Below are positions 48,321 to 61,624 of a DNA stretch of 64,000 nucleotides, piece after piece. Source of the DNA: Ramazzottius varieornatus (lineage: Eukaryota > Animalia > Tardigrada). The stretch lies in NCBI GenBank assembly GCA_001949185.1, contig BDGG01000009.1:671624-735623 (forward strand), written 5' to 3'. The translations under genes and the position numbers were made by a program. The first letter of the stretch is position 1, and each line of letters opens with the position of its first letter. The notes beneath the pieces are model-generated. The model was not told the origin of the DNA and made no database searches. It saw nothing but the letters and a program-made list of their open reading frames with translations.

Positions 48321-51300
48321 CTACGTGAGCTTGGCGATTTCATCTTGGACAACCTTCTCGATTTCACTGACGCCTATCGTACTATCCGTGATCTTCAAGA
48401 AGTGTTTGTTCTGCAGGAAGAGCTGTTCGATCCATCGGGTTCGGAAGACTTCTATGAGAAGATCCATATGCTCCTTTAACTCTTCTGCAAGCAGAAGAAA
48501 AATTCATCGTGGTATCATGTTTGACAGGGAAGACAAACTGTCACAAACAAGAGCTCACTATCTCACCAGCGGAAAGGCCAAGTTTCGTGCTTAGCTTTAG
48601 CGCCGCGAACACCGAAGACTGTTCCAGCACCGTCTTCCTCTCCGACGAAAAATGACTACAAACATATTCGAACGTGAAAACAGATCCATTCAGTTGGTTG
48701 GAACTTGGAACTAAGCAAAGAACTTCGGCATGACAGGTTTTCCACGCGGCGCACGTTCTAAGCCAAAAAAAATCAGAAAAATGCGCCACTTGTGAAAAAC
48801 AGACAAGGCAATCAACCTTGACAAGGCCGTTTTCCAGGTGGCGCACGCCTCCGGCAACTAACACTGAAAATGTGCGCCACTTGAAAACAATCCTGCCGAG
48901 TTGTCTGCCAAGCTTCCATTCACGAAGACATCGGCATTCTATTATCAATAGCTCAAACTTTTTCTCGGATATTCATCATTAGTTCCGGAAATGTGTTGAT
49001 TCTCTAGAATGTTTTCATCCGCTTACTTCAGCATTATCCTTCCCATTTCAGGAAGTCTCTCCAGCATGCGTATCCTCTTATCCATTCCCGGGTCCCTCGT
49101 GATGGTTTTCACCATGTTCGCGGCCTGTCTTTCACGAACCCTTGCCAGGAACTTGGGGTCGATCCTTTTCAGTTCCTTCGGCAGCGCTTTCGACTTCACC
49201 TCTACCGTCTGTACTTCTTCTACTTTACTCGTACTAGCTTCCTCCTTGCCACCCTTCCTCTCCTCCAACCGAGCTTTCAGTGCCTGCGTCATCGCCAGCA
49301 CTTCAGCGGCCGTTCTCGACAATAACGGTCTCTTGAACTGCGGTAGTTCAGCCGGCGGTGGTAGCTTTACTTCCTCCATCCTAAACTGTGGATGCCATCG
49401 CTCGATCTCGCGGTCTTCTACGACGGCTGAAGGGTGCGAAGCTGTCACGAACTTACGGTGTTCTTCGTAGACGGTGCTCAGGAGAGACGTGTAGAGAGTG
49501 TCCCGCCGCCGAACGAGGTCCACAGGACCGACGGGGCAGCGAAGCCGGAAGTTGTCTTCTGGGACGGTGGCGTCGTCGAGTTTCTTGTCGTCTCGGATGT
49601 AGATGACGAGGTGCTCGTCGTTGAGGGACTTGTGGTTGGCACCGGGACTGGCTAAGAGGGAAGGAGGCTTCTCGACACTGAAGACGTAGGCCTTCGGGAA
49701 GACGGACTTCACCTGCCCCAAATCGTTGTGCGTCAGCGACCTGTGGAGAATTCACATCATCAGTTAGTTGCAACCAAGTATTTGTACCTTCGCAATAGAT
49801 CAATTGTCCAGTTGTTTGGTATATTCGAGCTAGGCAAACGAAGTCTACAGGATCGTTTCGTCAAGTGGCGCGCGCTTACAGTGCTACTGGGAAGACGCGT
49901 GCGCTACTGAAAAAACGACAACGACAAGCTTGATCGTTTTCCGAAGTGGCGCAGGTTTTCGGAGATATTGGCTGAAAGCGTGCGTCACTCGGAAAAAGAG
50001 CGAGTTTGCGGAGTTTGCATGCCGAGCTTCCATTTTGAGAAACATCCATTTACCTGCCGAGAAATGGTTTCAGCGAGTCGTCGAGTTTCTCGAACCAGCA
50101 AGTTTCCGCCCTGTTATGGAACGTCGCTACATTTCGGTCCATTCGTTCGAAGAGGTTGTAGACATGTTTGAACGGCGATGGTAAGGGAAGCTTTTTCTTG
50201 ATGTCCTCAGCGAAACGCTGATACGCGGGGACAACCGGCAGACTAAAAGGCAGATCTGGTTAAACAACACCGAAAATTCCCTTCACATCGATTGGGACCA
50301 AGGTACACAGATCGCTTCTCCAAGCGACGCACACCTTCAACCAATTACACTGAAGATGTGCTCCACTTGGAGGAAATAGTCCTGTCTGGGTTATTTGCCG
50401 AGCTATCGTATGTTTGATAGTATGGGTTTCTCTCATGACGAACCTTGGTTTGGAACTGTCAGCGAGTTCGCTCAGATGGACCTTGGTCCTGGTAGCCGCG
50501 ACCTTCGCGATCTTCTTGCGGATCTCCGACCGATCATACTCGGCTTTCCGCTTCGTACTTCCTATTTCAGCCAGTCGGTACGCAAAGGCATCTTTCGAAT
50601 CCCCACCAATCGCTGCAGACAAACCTTCGCGGACAGAGTCCGAGTGCAACTGTGCGGCAGTTTTAATGACGGAATGCACCGACCCTTTCGACGGACTGAA
50701 GAGAAGCACTCGCTTTCCCGGCGACCTCGTGACATCTTCTGCCGCTTCAGATGTCCGCGCACTTCTACCATCTTTTCTCGGCGAACCAACCGGAGTCGTC
50801 GGTTCTCTAGTGGTTGAAGAAGAAGCCTCAACTTCGTCTTTATCCCCTTCGACCTTCTTCAACTACAGATGAAAAAGACTTATGTTCCGATATCATGATT
50901 GACATTAGGACGTTGACAAATGAATTCATCCGGATCGTCACCATTAGTGGCGCACGTTTCCACTGTTCTTGACTGCCAACGTGCGCCGCTTTGGAGCTCA
51001 ACCAGATCGTCATCCCAAGTGGCGCACCACGTTGATGTTTTTGCCTGGGAGAGTACGCCACTTGAAAGGACGATCTGAGCCAATTCGACTGCCATGTCAT
51101 AATTCAGTTATCCGGAGCTATTCTTACTGGGGAAAACAGTTTCCGTCGCAGTGAGTGATTATGTCGAAGCTTTGCAGTGGCTTGTTCTGCAGTCAGGCTT
51201 TCTTTATGCACTGCATAGAACGGTGACGACTGTAGCTTCTCCGGTGTCTTTTGAAGTCTGGCGACGTCGCTGCTGAATGTGTTTAGAGCTCGGTTAAGAT

Positions 51301-51604
51301 CAGCAGCTCGCTTAGGATCGCTCTTGAACTGTAACAAGGTCTTTGGAATGGGTTCTTTGCCTTCAGCAGCCTTTGTTTGATCCCGTGCATTCGAAGCTGC
51401 CCATCTGCTGAGCAGATCGGTCTTCTTCGTCTCGGTTACATCGTCCTTCGTGCGCTCAACCTTCTCGACCCTCTCCACGGGTTCATTCGACGGGCTTGTT
51501 CGGGGAACGCTGGGCGATGCCCCTGCTGACTTTTTCAAGCTGTTCTGGCGATCGAGCGCTGCTCGAGCATTCTTGCGGGACGAGAAGTGGCGTGAGATCT
51601 CCAT
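48321..51604 (-). CDS. CDT1: DNA replication licensing factor Cdt1
   Basis: VPAYQRF..LPLP..LFERMD..FHNRAE, LGQVKSVFPKAY, RWHPQF, LPPPAELP, FLARVRERQA, RMLERLPEM. Confidence 0.92.
48720..48918. mobile_element. Palindromic family copy, 2 cores, CDT1 intron
   Basis: Core motif; end GCCAAGCTTCCA. Confidence 0.85.
49825..50032. mobile_element. Palindromic family copy, 2 cores, CDT1 intron
   Basis: Core motif; end GCCGAGCTTCCA. Confidence 0.85.
50283..50405. mobile_element. Palindromic family copy, 1 core, CDT1 intron
   Basis: Decayed core; ends approximate. Confidence 0.75.
50905..51095. mobile_element. Palindromic family copy, 2 cores, CDT1 intron
   Basis: Core motif; ends approximate. Confidence 0.8.
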
Positions 51605-52102
51605 AGCTCATACCTACAACGAAAAGTCACGTGATCACAATAATGCATACAACCATGGTCCACTATTCTAATGGCCGTACAACAAAGACAATTATTACGC
51701 TATATACACACACTGTTTGAGCAACAAGAACAACAATCTAACAGTAGCATAGAATATTCCCCAGGCTCTCGAGTCAGCGTCTGTTCACAGTAAAACGTTT
51801 AACAACGAGCCAGGACAGGTCTCGAGCGCTGAGAAAGATCAGTTGTGGGACGATCAGCAGGAATGTCACGATTGTTATGAACTGGATCTCCTTCAAACGT
51901 CAATAGTGGTTACACCGAGCGATCATCTGCATGGGAGAACAAAGGCAGCTCTGCGTCGACGAAATAAGGTAGATCACGGAGGTGTTCTCGTGCTGCTCTG
52001 CAGTGACCGCGAGGAATCAGGGAGTGAGATTATGGACTCTTTAGAAACAATTCATACAATGATACAAAATTGAAAATAATTAATTCGGAAACTTCAAAAG
52101 AG

Positions 52103-52110
52103 CCGCCAAA
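52103..52110 (-). promoter_or_regulatory. E2F-like site TTTGGCGG in the divergent CDT1/COMMD2 promoter
   Basis: Consensus match; CDT1 is an established E2F target. Confidence 0.45.
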
Positions 52111-52406
52111 ATGGACGGAAAAGGGCGCCCCTTGTCGTTTCCTCCACCCCCGGGGTATTCTGCACCTCCTCGATAACATACATCAGGGTCGCCATTTTTC
52201 GCAATCCCGCTGATTCACTTGTTGTGGTTTTTCTAAATTTTAACAATCGGAAATCTTTTTCCTAGTTCCTACTGACTACTGTAAGGATGCTTTGATCTTG
52301 GAAGCAGTGTTCGGCAGATGAACAGATCCCTCGCTTCCACAAGCTTGGAAGCTTCGAAGCCTACTAGTTGTGAAGGATTCTATTTCTTACGGGTCTCGGA
52401 CAAAGA

Positions 52407-53169
52407 ATGATGCTACTAAACATCGACGCTACTCTGCGGGATCAGCTGCAAGTCATCGAAGAGGTGGATGTCGACACGGCCCAAGAGTTCTGCCAGTTCG
52501 CCCTGCAGCTGCTGGAAAAGGGACCTCAGCCGAAGCTGCTGGAGAAAGCAGCAATGAAGCTCAACTGGACAGCTGAGAAACTGCAGACTATTCTAGAGGC
52601 CATTACCGAACTAGCGAGGAGAAGTGCGAAAGATAATACGGTGATTATTACGGCCCGTACCTGCTTGCATTTGACTACAAGCAATGATTTTGCTGATTGC
52701 ATCATTTTCCTTTCGGCAGATCGACAAGGAAGAGGTTTCGACTGTATTACGGGACGCTGGGATATCACCGACCATCGCCGAAGTCTTAGCCGAATTTTGT
52801 TCCTCATCCCGAGCTGCTCTGCACGGATATCTCCATAACATTCACTGTAAAACACCGCGGCTTAAGAGATTGGAATGGCGCTTGGAAGTGGAGGTGCGCC
52901 AGTTTACTGCAGGCTAAGTGGGTTTTACGAGTTGTGTCGCTGTTGTGATGGTGGCATTTCTGTTACAGATTGCGTCCAGAACAGTGCAGAATAGTGTAAA
53001 GCCGCATCTTCTTCTCCAGCTGGAACTGGAGAACTCGCAGAGATCAAGCAAAGTTCACACCCTGCAGATGGACATTCCCACTTTATTACACGTGACGGAA
53101 GAGCTAGAGCAGGCATTACGAGAAGTGAAATCCACACATGCCAGAAAGATTATGAGAAACATCAAGTGA
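52407..53169 (+). CDS. COMMD2: COMM domain-containing protein 2
   Basis: EFCQFALQLLEKGPQPKLLEKAAMKLN; LEWRLEVEIASR..LQMDIPTLLHVTEELEQALREVKSTHARKIMRNIK. Confidence 0.92.
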
Positions 53170-53821
53170 AACCATCCTGTCCTCATCTTTCCCCTTTTTT
53201 CCTACTTATTACAATTTTCTTGTCGGTGGAGATGTCGAAGAGCTCGGGCCGTTTCTACGTTCTTCTATGAGCTTTCACAGATTTGCGTCAGAGCGTGAGT
53301 AAGGCTTCGCTGGAAGATCTCTATGCAATCCTGAGCAAACGAATGGAAGCACGGATTGCGACTGACACACTTGGAACGTAGACAAGATGTGTGGTGCTAG
53401 GTACGTCCATGTTCAATGAAGAAATTGCTATTTCGTTAGTATTAGCTTACCGGAAGTGGTCCGAGTACGTCGATCCTCAACTCTGTTGGCATTCTCGGTA
53501 TGCCAAAAGGCAAAGTTGTCGGTGTCGATGTCTGGCACAGGACTTGGTTGACCGGTCCGTAGGTCGACCCATGTTGTCACCCAGGGCTTATGATTTGCGA
53601 AGTACCGTGCTCGTACAGTCAACAGAAAGCCGAAGGAAAGTGACGTCATAGTACGAGTGCTGGCCAACGGAAAAAAGTCCAAAGCGACCAAAGCCAAAAG
53701 TCCAGCGGCCAAGAAGCTCCAGAGTCGAGACGAGCGCTAGCATGGCGGATTTTGAAGACCAGGAAGAGATGGACCTTGATGATGACGATTATCACGAATA
53801 GTTTAGCAATCTAGTTTAATT

Positions 53822-53988
53822 AAGACATTGCGACTGAAGGTCCGACTCTCACATGTGAGCGAATCTCTCACAGGTCAACGTCATTGTTGTCGTTTATCTC
53901 GAAACGGCCAAGCAGAGAAACGACAACAATGTCGATTCGTGAGAGCCCTACTCACATGTGACAGTCGGACCTTCGGTCGCAGTCTCTT
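53822..53988. repeat. ~165-bp foldback hairpin (MITE or hairpin RNA)
   Basis: Arms 53829-53859 and 53951-53981 complementary at 29 of 31 positions; perfect inner 14-bp stem 53882-53895/53918-53931. Confidence 0.85.
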
Positions 53989-54396
53989 GAATATCGTGCG
54001 CAAACTTAATTCACGTCCTCTTTTGCGAGAGCTCCGCCTAAAAGGCTGGCCTTCCAGCGAAGCTTTAGAATGAATCATAGACCGCTGAGTCATCGTAGAA
54101 AGCTGTTCAGGCATTCTAAAGCCCTTAAATTGGGGAAACTATGGCAAGCCTGAGCCTATGGCGGAAAGATCAAAGGATGGGAACCAAGGTTCATTCACAT
54201 CTGGCGTAGTAGAAAGCGTCTTTCAGTCAAATAATCAACTCCACTAACATGTGGACCCCGCCCACACCGGTTGCCACGCCCATTGACCAATTGACGAAAA
54301 GAACGGGCCAATAAACCAGCTGCGATTGGGCGGTTAACCTCTCAATGCCAATGGCTAGTATCGGCGGTCAAACCTAGCAAAACCAATAGCCGGCCC

Positions 54397-54514
54397 CTAG
54401 TGCTCAACCTAGAAAGATCAATGGTCACCTACTAGTGGTCAAGACAGCAAGACCAACGGTTAGCCACTAGTGGTCAATCTACCAAGATCAATGGTCAACC
54501 ACTAGTGATCAACC
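54397..54514. repeat. 35-bp minisatellite (~3.4 copies) upstream of GPN2
   Basis: Units CTAGTG(G/C)TCAA...AAGA(T/C)CAA(T/C)GGT...; degenerate copies extend to about 54325. Confidence 0.8.
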
Positions 54515-54660
54515 AACCTGTCATTACGTGATGTCATATGACATCACCTGCCTTCGTTGTTTTCGTTTTCAAGATTAATTTTGATCAGGACTCCTGTTTT
54601 TCATTCTCCTCGTTCTCCAATCTCCATCCTCATCCTCCGCAGAAACGTAACTCACCCACC

Positions 54661-56002
54661 ATGTCAAAGAAGCCTCGATTTGGACAGTTGGTCATTGGAC
54701 CTCCGGGGAGCGGGAAAACGACCTATTGTCATGAGATCGCCCTGCTAATCCAGCATGTGTTCAACCGGAAGGTGGTCATTGTCAACCTGGACCCTGCCAA
54801 CGAATGCCTGCCATATAGCCCAGGCATTGACGTCCAGGAGCTTGTCAGCGTAGAAGACGTTATGGAGGTCGAAGAGCTAGGTCCGAATGGAGGTAATGAT
54901 GGTACAATTTTTTGAACCAAATCGTTTCTTAAGTCGCGCACACTTTGAGCCGATTACAATGAGAACCTGCGCCACTGGAGATAACTATCTGGTTCAATCA
55001 TTTGCCCACATCTCGTATATGTTCTGTTTTTCTAGCTATGGTATTCGCCATCGAGCAACTGGAACGGGATAAAGATTGGCTATTCTCCAAGATATCCTCC
55101 TTCAGCGACGAGCACTTCTTCATCTTTGACTGTCCTGGTCAGATCGAGCTGTATTCCCACCACCAGTCCTTCCAGCACATTTGCGAAGCCCTCATCAAAG
55201 AGTTCGACTTCCGTCTGGCCACCGTACAGCTGATCGACTCCTACTACTGCAGCGATCCCTCAACTTTCATCTCGGTGGTACTCGCTTCCCTCAGCACAAT
55301 GCTGCGTCTGGGTCTTCCACACACAAACGTCCTTTCGAAGGTCGATCTTATTCAAAAAATGGGCAAGCTTGACTTCGACTTGTCCTTCTACACGGAAGTT
55401 GCGAGTTTGGAGTACCTTGTGGACCGTCTCGAAGTACGTATACTGCTCTTCTATTGGTAATTGGGACGCCATGGCATCGAATGATTTCACCCACCCAGAG
55501 CGTTATCTGACGTGACGCACTTTCTCATTGTCGGTTGCTGAAAGTGTGCGCCGCTTGTGAAGAGGATCTGGGTGGACTCATTTGCTGGTTTCCCCATCGT
55601 ACATCATTCATTCTGGCTACATAAACTGTATTGCATCTACAGGGGAACCCTTTTGGTAAGAAGCTGGCAAAGCTCAGCAAAGCCATATGCGAAGTTATCG
55701 ATGATTTCAGCCTGGTGTCGTTTGTGCCTATCAGTATTATGGTAAGTAGAAACCCGCGTTTACCGTGGGGCCGTTACGTTACGCTTACCGTACTTTCTTT
55801 CCAGGAACGAGAAACGCTTTACCATCTCGTGAAGAAGATTGATAAAACTATCGGTTACAGTTTATCCGACCTGGAAGAGCGGAAAGTTAGGCAGACGGCA
55901 AACCTCACGCCTTCCGAGGCAGAGTTTGACTACTCGCTGCTTTGCAACCTTCAGGAAAAATACATAACGAATTCTACCAACGAAGACCTAGACACTCTGT
56001 GA
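54661..56002 (+). CDS. GPN2: GPN-loop GTPase 2
   Basis: [48 protein letters not shown]. Confidence 0.93.
54900..55010. mobile_element. Palindromic family copy, 1 core, GPN2 intron
   Basis: Decayed core; ends approximate. Confidence 0.7.
55465..55595. mobile_element. Palindromic family copy, 1 core, GPN2 intron
   Basis: Decayed core; ends approximate. Confidence 0.7.
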
Positions 56003-56088
56003 TTATCTTTTGTTTTAGACAGTCCATTTTATTGTCTGACAAATCCCGTGATGCTCAGTAAGAGAAATGACATTTTCTTTCGGGAGGT

Positions 56089-58745
56089 TTATACCGCAAC
56101 AGCCGGTACCGGCGTAAGAGCCGTAAGAACACTAGCAGTATTCGATTCTATGATATCCGCTTGTACTTCGGCAGAACTAAACTCTGAAGCAGAAACAAGT
56201 ACATCCATAACACCCAAAAGACCTCTGAGTTCTTTCTGCGTTTCAATCTCCAGACCTAGTATCTCTTGAAATCTGTCGATGAGGGCGTCCAACTCCGCGG
56301 ACTTTCCGTAAACGAATGGATAAAGCTCTATAAAGGCAAACGAACAGTCAGTATGACGGACAGTCAAAACTGTATGGAAAAGGAAACTTGCCCCAAAACA
56401 GCTGGGCAACACCCATCACGACATTCGCGTAACGGGCATCGGTCACGTATCGGCACATGAAGCCGAGAATGTCCACCAGGTCTTCGGGTGCTCGGCCTGC
56501 GAGAGCAGGCAGTAACCCGCTGCGACGGTCAAGTTCTTGCATCATTGTGACGGTAACGTCAGGCATCGAGCTCCACACATGATACTATGGTTATCGAAAA
56601 AGAAGCCATGAGCTCGTGTAGATTTTCATGAGGCAATCGTTACTGTATCTAGGTGCCGACACCAACCTTTAGAACACGATCCAAGGCTTTTGTGAACTGG
56701 AACTTCTTGAGGTATTTGTCATGCTGCTTCAAGAACTCTCTTTCTTCCTCTTTCACCCGTATTGCACTCTACAAGGAAATCAGAAAGTATGAACGGAGGA
56801 CCTGGGGAATCGAACTCTACAAGATTCTTTCTCCACGTGGCGCACGCTCCAGCTAGTATTACCGGAAACATGCGCCACTTGGAAAAACCGATCTGGTCGA
56901 GTTATGAGTGCCGACCACCCATACCTGTAAATCAAGTTTTGAACAATCCAGCGCGAGTTCCTTACCTCATCGGGCGTGTAGTATTTTTCTTTGAGCAAAT
57001 ATTTTCCCCACTTCTTTTTCTCTATCGCCTTCTGCTCCATTGCTTCTTCGTCTACGGGTTCCTTCCTCTTCCGTATCGATATGACGCCATCAGTCATTCC
57101 AACACACAGGGTCTCATCGTCGGGCTGAAGACGAAAAAACGTGAAGAAAACTTATCGCACACGAACAGTCAAACATTCCACTCACCGAGACACCAATACT
57201 GAGTACAGGTGTGGCAAAGTCCATTGAGTGTACGACAGTATAGGATGCCATATCGTAAATCTTCACATGCCGATCAATGGAAGAAGATAGAAGTCGCGAG
57301 TATCCACTCGCAAAACACAAGTCTGTTATTGTCTTATGATGGCTGCTGAAGGATGTTAGACAAGAACCGCCTGCTACTATGTCCCATACTTTGATGGTTG
57401 TCCCACCTGGGAAAAATCAGAATGATGACTATGCTTCCTCGGCTAATGGGCAAAGGGTCATACTGTCAACTACACCAAATCGTTTCCCAAGCCGCGCATG
57501 TCTGCGGTGTTGCTAGTCATGAGCGTGCGTCACTTGGGAAAGCGAACTGGTCGAGATTGTTTTCCGAGCTCCAAGGCATTCCACTACTCGGACCTGCTGT
57601 AAGGACAATGTTGCCGCTTGTGGTCATCAGGACAGATTCGATGGGTGCGCCATGGTTAAACTCTTGAACAGTCTCGTTGGTCCGTAGGTCGAAGACGCGA
57701 GCTTTGTGGTCGTAGGACCCGGAGACAAATATGGAGTGACTGCTCAGGGAGACATCTCCGGACCGCACATAATCCTACAGCAGTAAAGTTAGTATGAAGG
57801 TTGATAAAGAAGAGCCTTCTGTCTGTTTACTTACCCCGTGATCTTTGAAAGTCCTGAGCTGCGTCTGAGAAGGTATGTCGAAGTAGCGCGCACTCCGATC
57901 GTCACCGAAGGATATAACATGAGAGTTATCGGTTGTGAAGCGAGTGCAGTGAACGGGTCTGGAAAGAACTCGAGGTTTCAAGATTGCACAATACGGCTTG
58001 CGGAAAATGGTCAAAGTTTCTCTGACTAAAAGAACTGTCTAGCCAGAGCACTTACGCCTTATGGTTCTTGAACTCTCGTAGCATCGACTTCGTGGCTACA
58101 TCGAATATTCGAACGAACCCTTCCTCTCCACCGACTGCCTAAAAGTCAATCAAACCGCAGTTTGCAAAGCATCTATCGGTACTGCTACCGGCAAGGGAGA
58201 CGTGAGCCTAATGTATCATACCAGAAGCTTCCCATCCGAGCGGAACTCTGCGCCGTATGCTGCCTCTTTGAAGCGCGAGAAGGTCTTGATGGTGTCCAAA
58301 AGTCGGGGATTAAATACTTGAACCTAAAATGGCATGTTGTTCAGCACTTCGATCATTTCTGTGAGAGTCATGAAACATTCCTATGCCATTGGTGCCTGTC
58401 TCACACGATAGGTATGCAACAAGTGCGACACGAAGAACCAGGGAAGTTCCGTCAGGACGCAAGAGAGAACGAGCACGAGCCTACCTTCGCTGAGGTAGTG
58501 ACGGCGAAGAGATGTGGCTTGGTCCGGGAGAAACAAACGCTTTGTACGGGCCCATACTCTTTGACGGTAACAGGAAACTGCAGATGACAAATAGAAAGTA
58601 AAAACGCTCATAGCTATCATAGCCATTAGGCAACGTCAAGCTGCGACACACTCACGTCAAAATTCCTCCAGTACTGATCATCCGGAGTAGGGTCTCCTTT
58701 TAACCGAGGTAACGTTTTTCGCTGGATCGGTTTAAAAGACGCCAT
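56089..58745 (-). CDS. UTP15: U3 snoRNA-associated protein 15 (WD40 + UTP15_C)
   Basis: MASFKPI..DDQYW, AYGAEFRSDGKLL, SGSYDH, HGAPIESVL, RLLSSSIDRHVKIY, KHDKYLKKF, VTVTMMQELDRRSGL..ALAGR. Confidence 0.92.
56803..56920. mobile_element. Palindromic family copy, 1 core, UTP15 intron
   Basis: Core motif plus TIR. Confidence 0.8.
57449..57573. mobile_element. Palindromic family copy, 1 core, UTP15 intron
   Basis: Core motif; end CCGAGCTCCA. Confidence 0.75.
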
Positions 58746-59361
58746 CGGTCAATCTCCAGGATCCCGGAATAGGATGGTGCAACGACAACCGATGGAGAAG
58801 CAGCACTAGATCGGCACCGGAAGTGCGGGATAGATGATCCGTACGAGTAGTCCTTTTCGCCGTGTCCTTTTCTTCCGCCGTTCCTGAACGGCAGCTGTGT
58901 TAACTTGTCCTGCCAGAGCCAGCGCTGTACCTAAAGCGACAAACACAGAACAGAGTGGTGCACTGCTTTGTGGAAGATGGTTAGTTGAGGCTTCAGAGTC
59001 TGAGACATCAGACATCTCATACGAACACTTTTGGAAAATCCACGGAGAGAATTCTCATGCAAACATTGCGATAAGTTTCCTTTCGGTTGTGCAAATAACG
59101 CACGGTAGGTTACGAGACGTGGGTCTGAGTGTGCGCATGCACTTAGTACATTCCCGCCCAATGGCTTTTGTTAGCCGTCGAAACGCATACATTATCACTT
59201 CCGTCGAGGCTACAGTAAGTGCAGTTGTCTCCCAACTCTCCTCTCCGATTCCTCTGGAAGATCCTAATTCCTGACTGCATATTCTATCGGACCGTCCGGA
59301 TAAACATGTCTAGGATTTAGTGAAGTGCGCAAGATCTGGAGTAAGCACGTACTGTACAACA

Positions 59362-61624
59362 ATGGAGCTGCAGTTTCCGCCGCTTCCAGACTACGCGAAT
59401 CTCCTGAAGTTCATGGTCGTAGCATTGGCGGCTGTAGGAACAGTTCAACCAAAGGTAAGTGTGTCAGATGACGAACCAGATCTGGATGGAGCGCAGTTGG
59501 ATTATCAGTGAATACATAATGGTACCGAACGTTTAATGGTACTGAAGGGTTGCGTATACGGTTATGGAGTTGTGTAAAAATATCGTACATCTTCAGCTGG
59601 CGACAGATGCAGACAAAGACTTGTACTCGCCAGACAGCCTACCGCAGAGATTCGTAACGAACAAGCTCGTCACTACCAAGCCGGACATTCTCGACATCCT
59701 CGACTATCACAACACGACTTCCTTGGACGATGGTGAGGTGGGGGAAAGCAGACGGACAAAGCACTTCGTCCTCGCATACGTCACGCCGGTAAATTTTGCG
59801 GTTTATTTACATGCTGATGAACAGACTTCCGGCAGAGAAGTGTTATGTAGTTCAAGTCGCTCTCGTTGTGTTTCTACATCGCGGTCCTTTGCTTTGCAGT
59901 GGAACAATAAGGGATACGATCGCGCAATGAAATTCGCCCACAAGTTTACCCACATTTCACCCGTGTGGTTGCAAGCTCATACCAACAAGGAAGCTTCTCG
60001 CTATGTTATCAAAGGAACTCATGATATTGACGCAGGTAAATGACTTTAGGTATGTATTGTAAAGGATTTTACGCTACCTAATGCTGTAGTATGGGCACCT
60101 TCTGTTCGGACCCTGCGGACGTTGGCGGACCACGTACGTTGCTTCACTGAGTGAATCTGAGCTCTGTGTTGCAGGCTGGGTGGAACGGCTAAGAACCGCC
60201 AACAAGGATTTGAGGATCGGTAAGAAAACTACGGTCTTGGTGAACTCTGTTTGTCGATTTCGAGTTGTATGTATACAAGTTCGTGAAAGTTCCCAGGCTC
60301 CTTCTGGAAGGCTTCGATTCTCCCGCCTATCAGAAGCTCTTCTACGACGCTGATTACGCTCATGCCTTAGCATCTGTAATTGGCAAATGTCTCAAGGTTC
60401 GCTATCAGCCGTCCCGAACGATATTCCGCATATTGGGTGTAAACACTGTACGAATCGTTTCCTCAGACTTATCTGCTTTTTTTTAGAAGTATGAGCTGGA
60501 CGGCGTCGTTCTGGAGATGTGGCAGCAGCTGAACGAAGATGTGCATCGCCGGTAAGTACGCATACGTACTGTCAGAAGATATTCTTACTTCCTTCTTCAC
60601 TTGTTTTTCTTTTTGCGGAGAGCTGCACCAATTTTCTATTCCTAGGGCAATGCGCAACGCCATCAAAACAATCGCTGACAAGATGAGCAAGGATGGATTT
60701 GAGACGATTTTGGTGGTTCCTCCATCTGGTGGAGAAAAGTACGGTAAAGCTTTCCGTTTGTGCGCTAATGTTCATGCTATGGTCTGCTACAGCTCTCGAC
60801 TTCTTTATTGCAGTTTACCAGGAAGATTCCGGACCGAGGACTTCAACTTTCTAGCTTCATCGGTCAAGGCATTTAGCGTAATGACTTACGACCATCCCAG
60901 AACCTACTCGAGGTATTGTCCTCACTTCCGGTCACCGAAAGGATGTTCCTCTTCCTTCAGTTATTCGTGCTAACTTAACTGATATTCAAGTATTATCGAT
61001 ATGTAGTGCTGGCGCCATTGCTCCGTTACCCTGGGTGATTGACAGCATCGAAAGTATCGTACCCGAAGCGAAAGAGAAGTCTAAGCGGAAGAAGATCCTG
61101 CTGGGTCTGAATCATTATGGATACGATTTCTCGCGCAAGAGCGGCGCAAATGCTCTAACGTCGTCTGCGTGAGTCATTCTTCCATGTTAATCGTCGAAGG
61201 ACATTAGACATCGGTACGTCAGAACTTTATTCCGACAGCTACTTGGATCAGCTGGCGAAGTACCGTCCAAGTCTTCAGTGGGACGCCACCGGTAGGGAGC
61301 ACGTCTACAAATACAGGTTTGGCGAACCCGCAGTCGAATACTGCTTCAGAAGCGAAGATTGCTTGATATCATATTTTGTTCAGCGACGAGACTGGAGAGC
61401 ATATTGTACACTATCCGACCCTGAAATCTTTGGATGAGAGAATTAACTTATCGATAATGATGAATGTCGGGTTAGCGATCTGGGATCTCGGCCAAGGTGG
61501 GTCATTCTCTGGATTTGGAATTTTTCATTCTCTATATAATGGCGTATAGTGATCGAGAACACTCTGGGAACTCCGTCACACGTCTCTCCTTTTAGGACTG
61601 GAATATTTTCTCGATTTACTTTGA
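59362..61624 (+). CDS. CHID1: Chitinase domain-containing protein 1 (SI-CLP)
   Basis: VLAYVTPWNNKGYD..KFTHISPVWLQ, HDIDAGW, LDGVVLEMW, FSVMTYD, APLPWV, KILLGLN, IWDLGQGLEYFLDLL*. Confidence 0.93.

Noticed and set aside
53232-53801. Coding-looking segments after COMMD2 (ending MADFEDQEEMDLDDDDYHE*)
   Set aside because: No consistent spliced frame could be built; needs RNA-seq.
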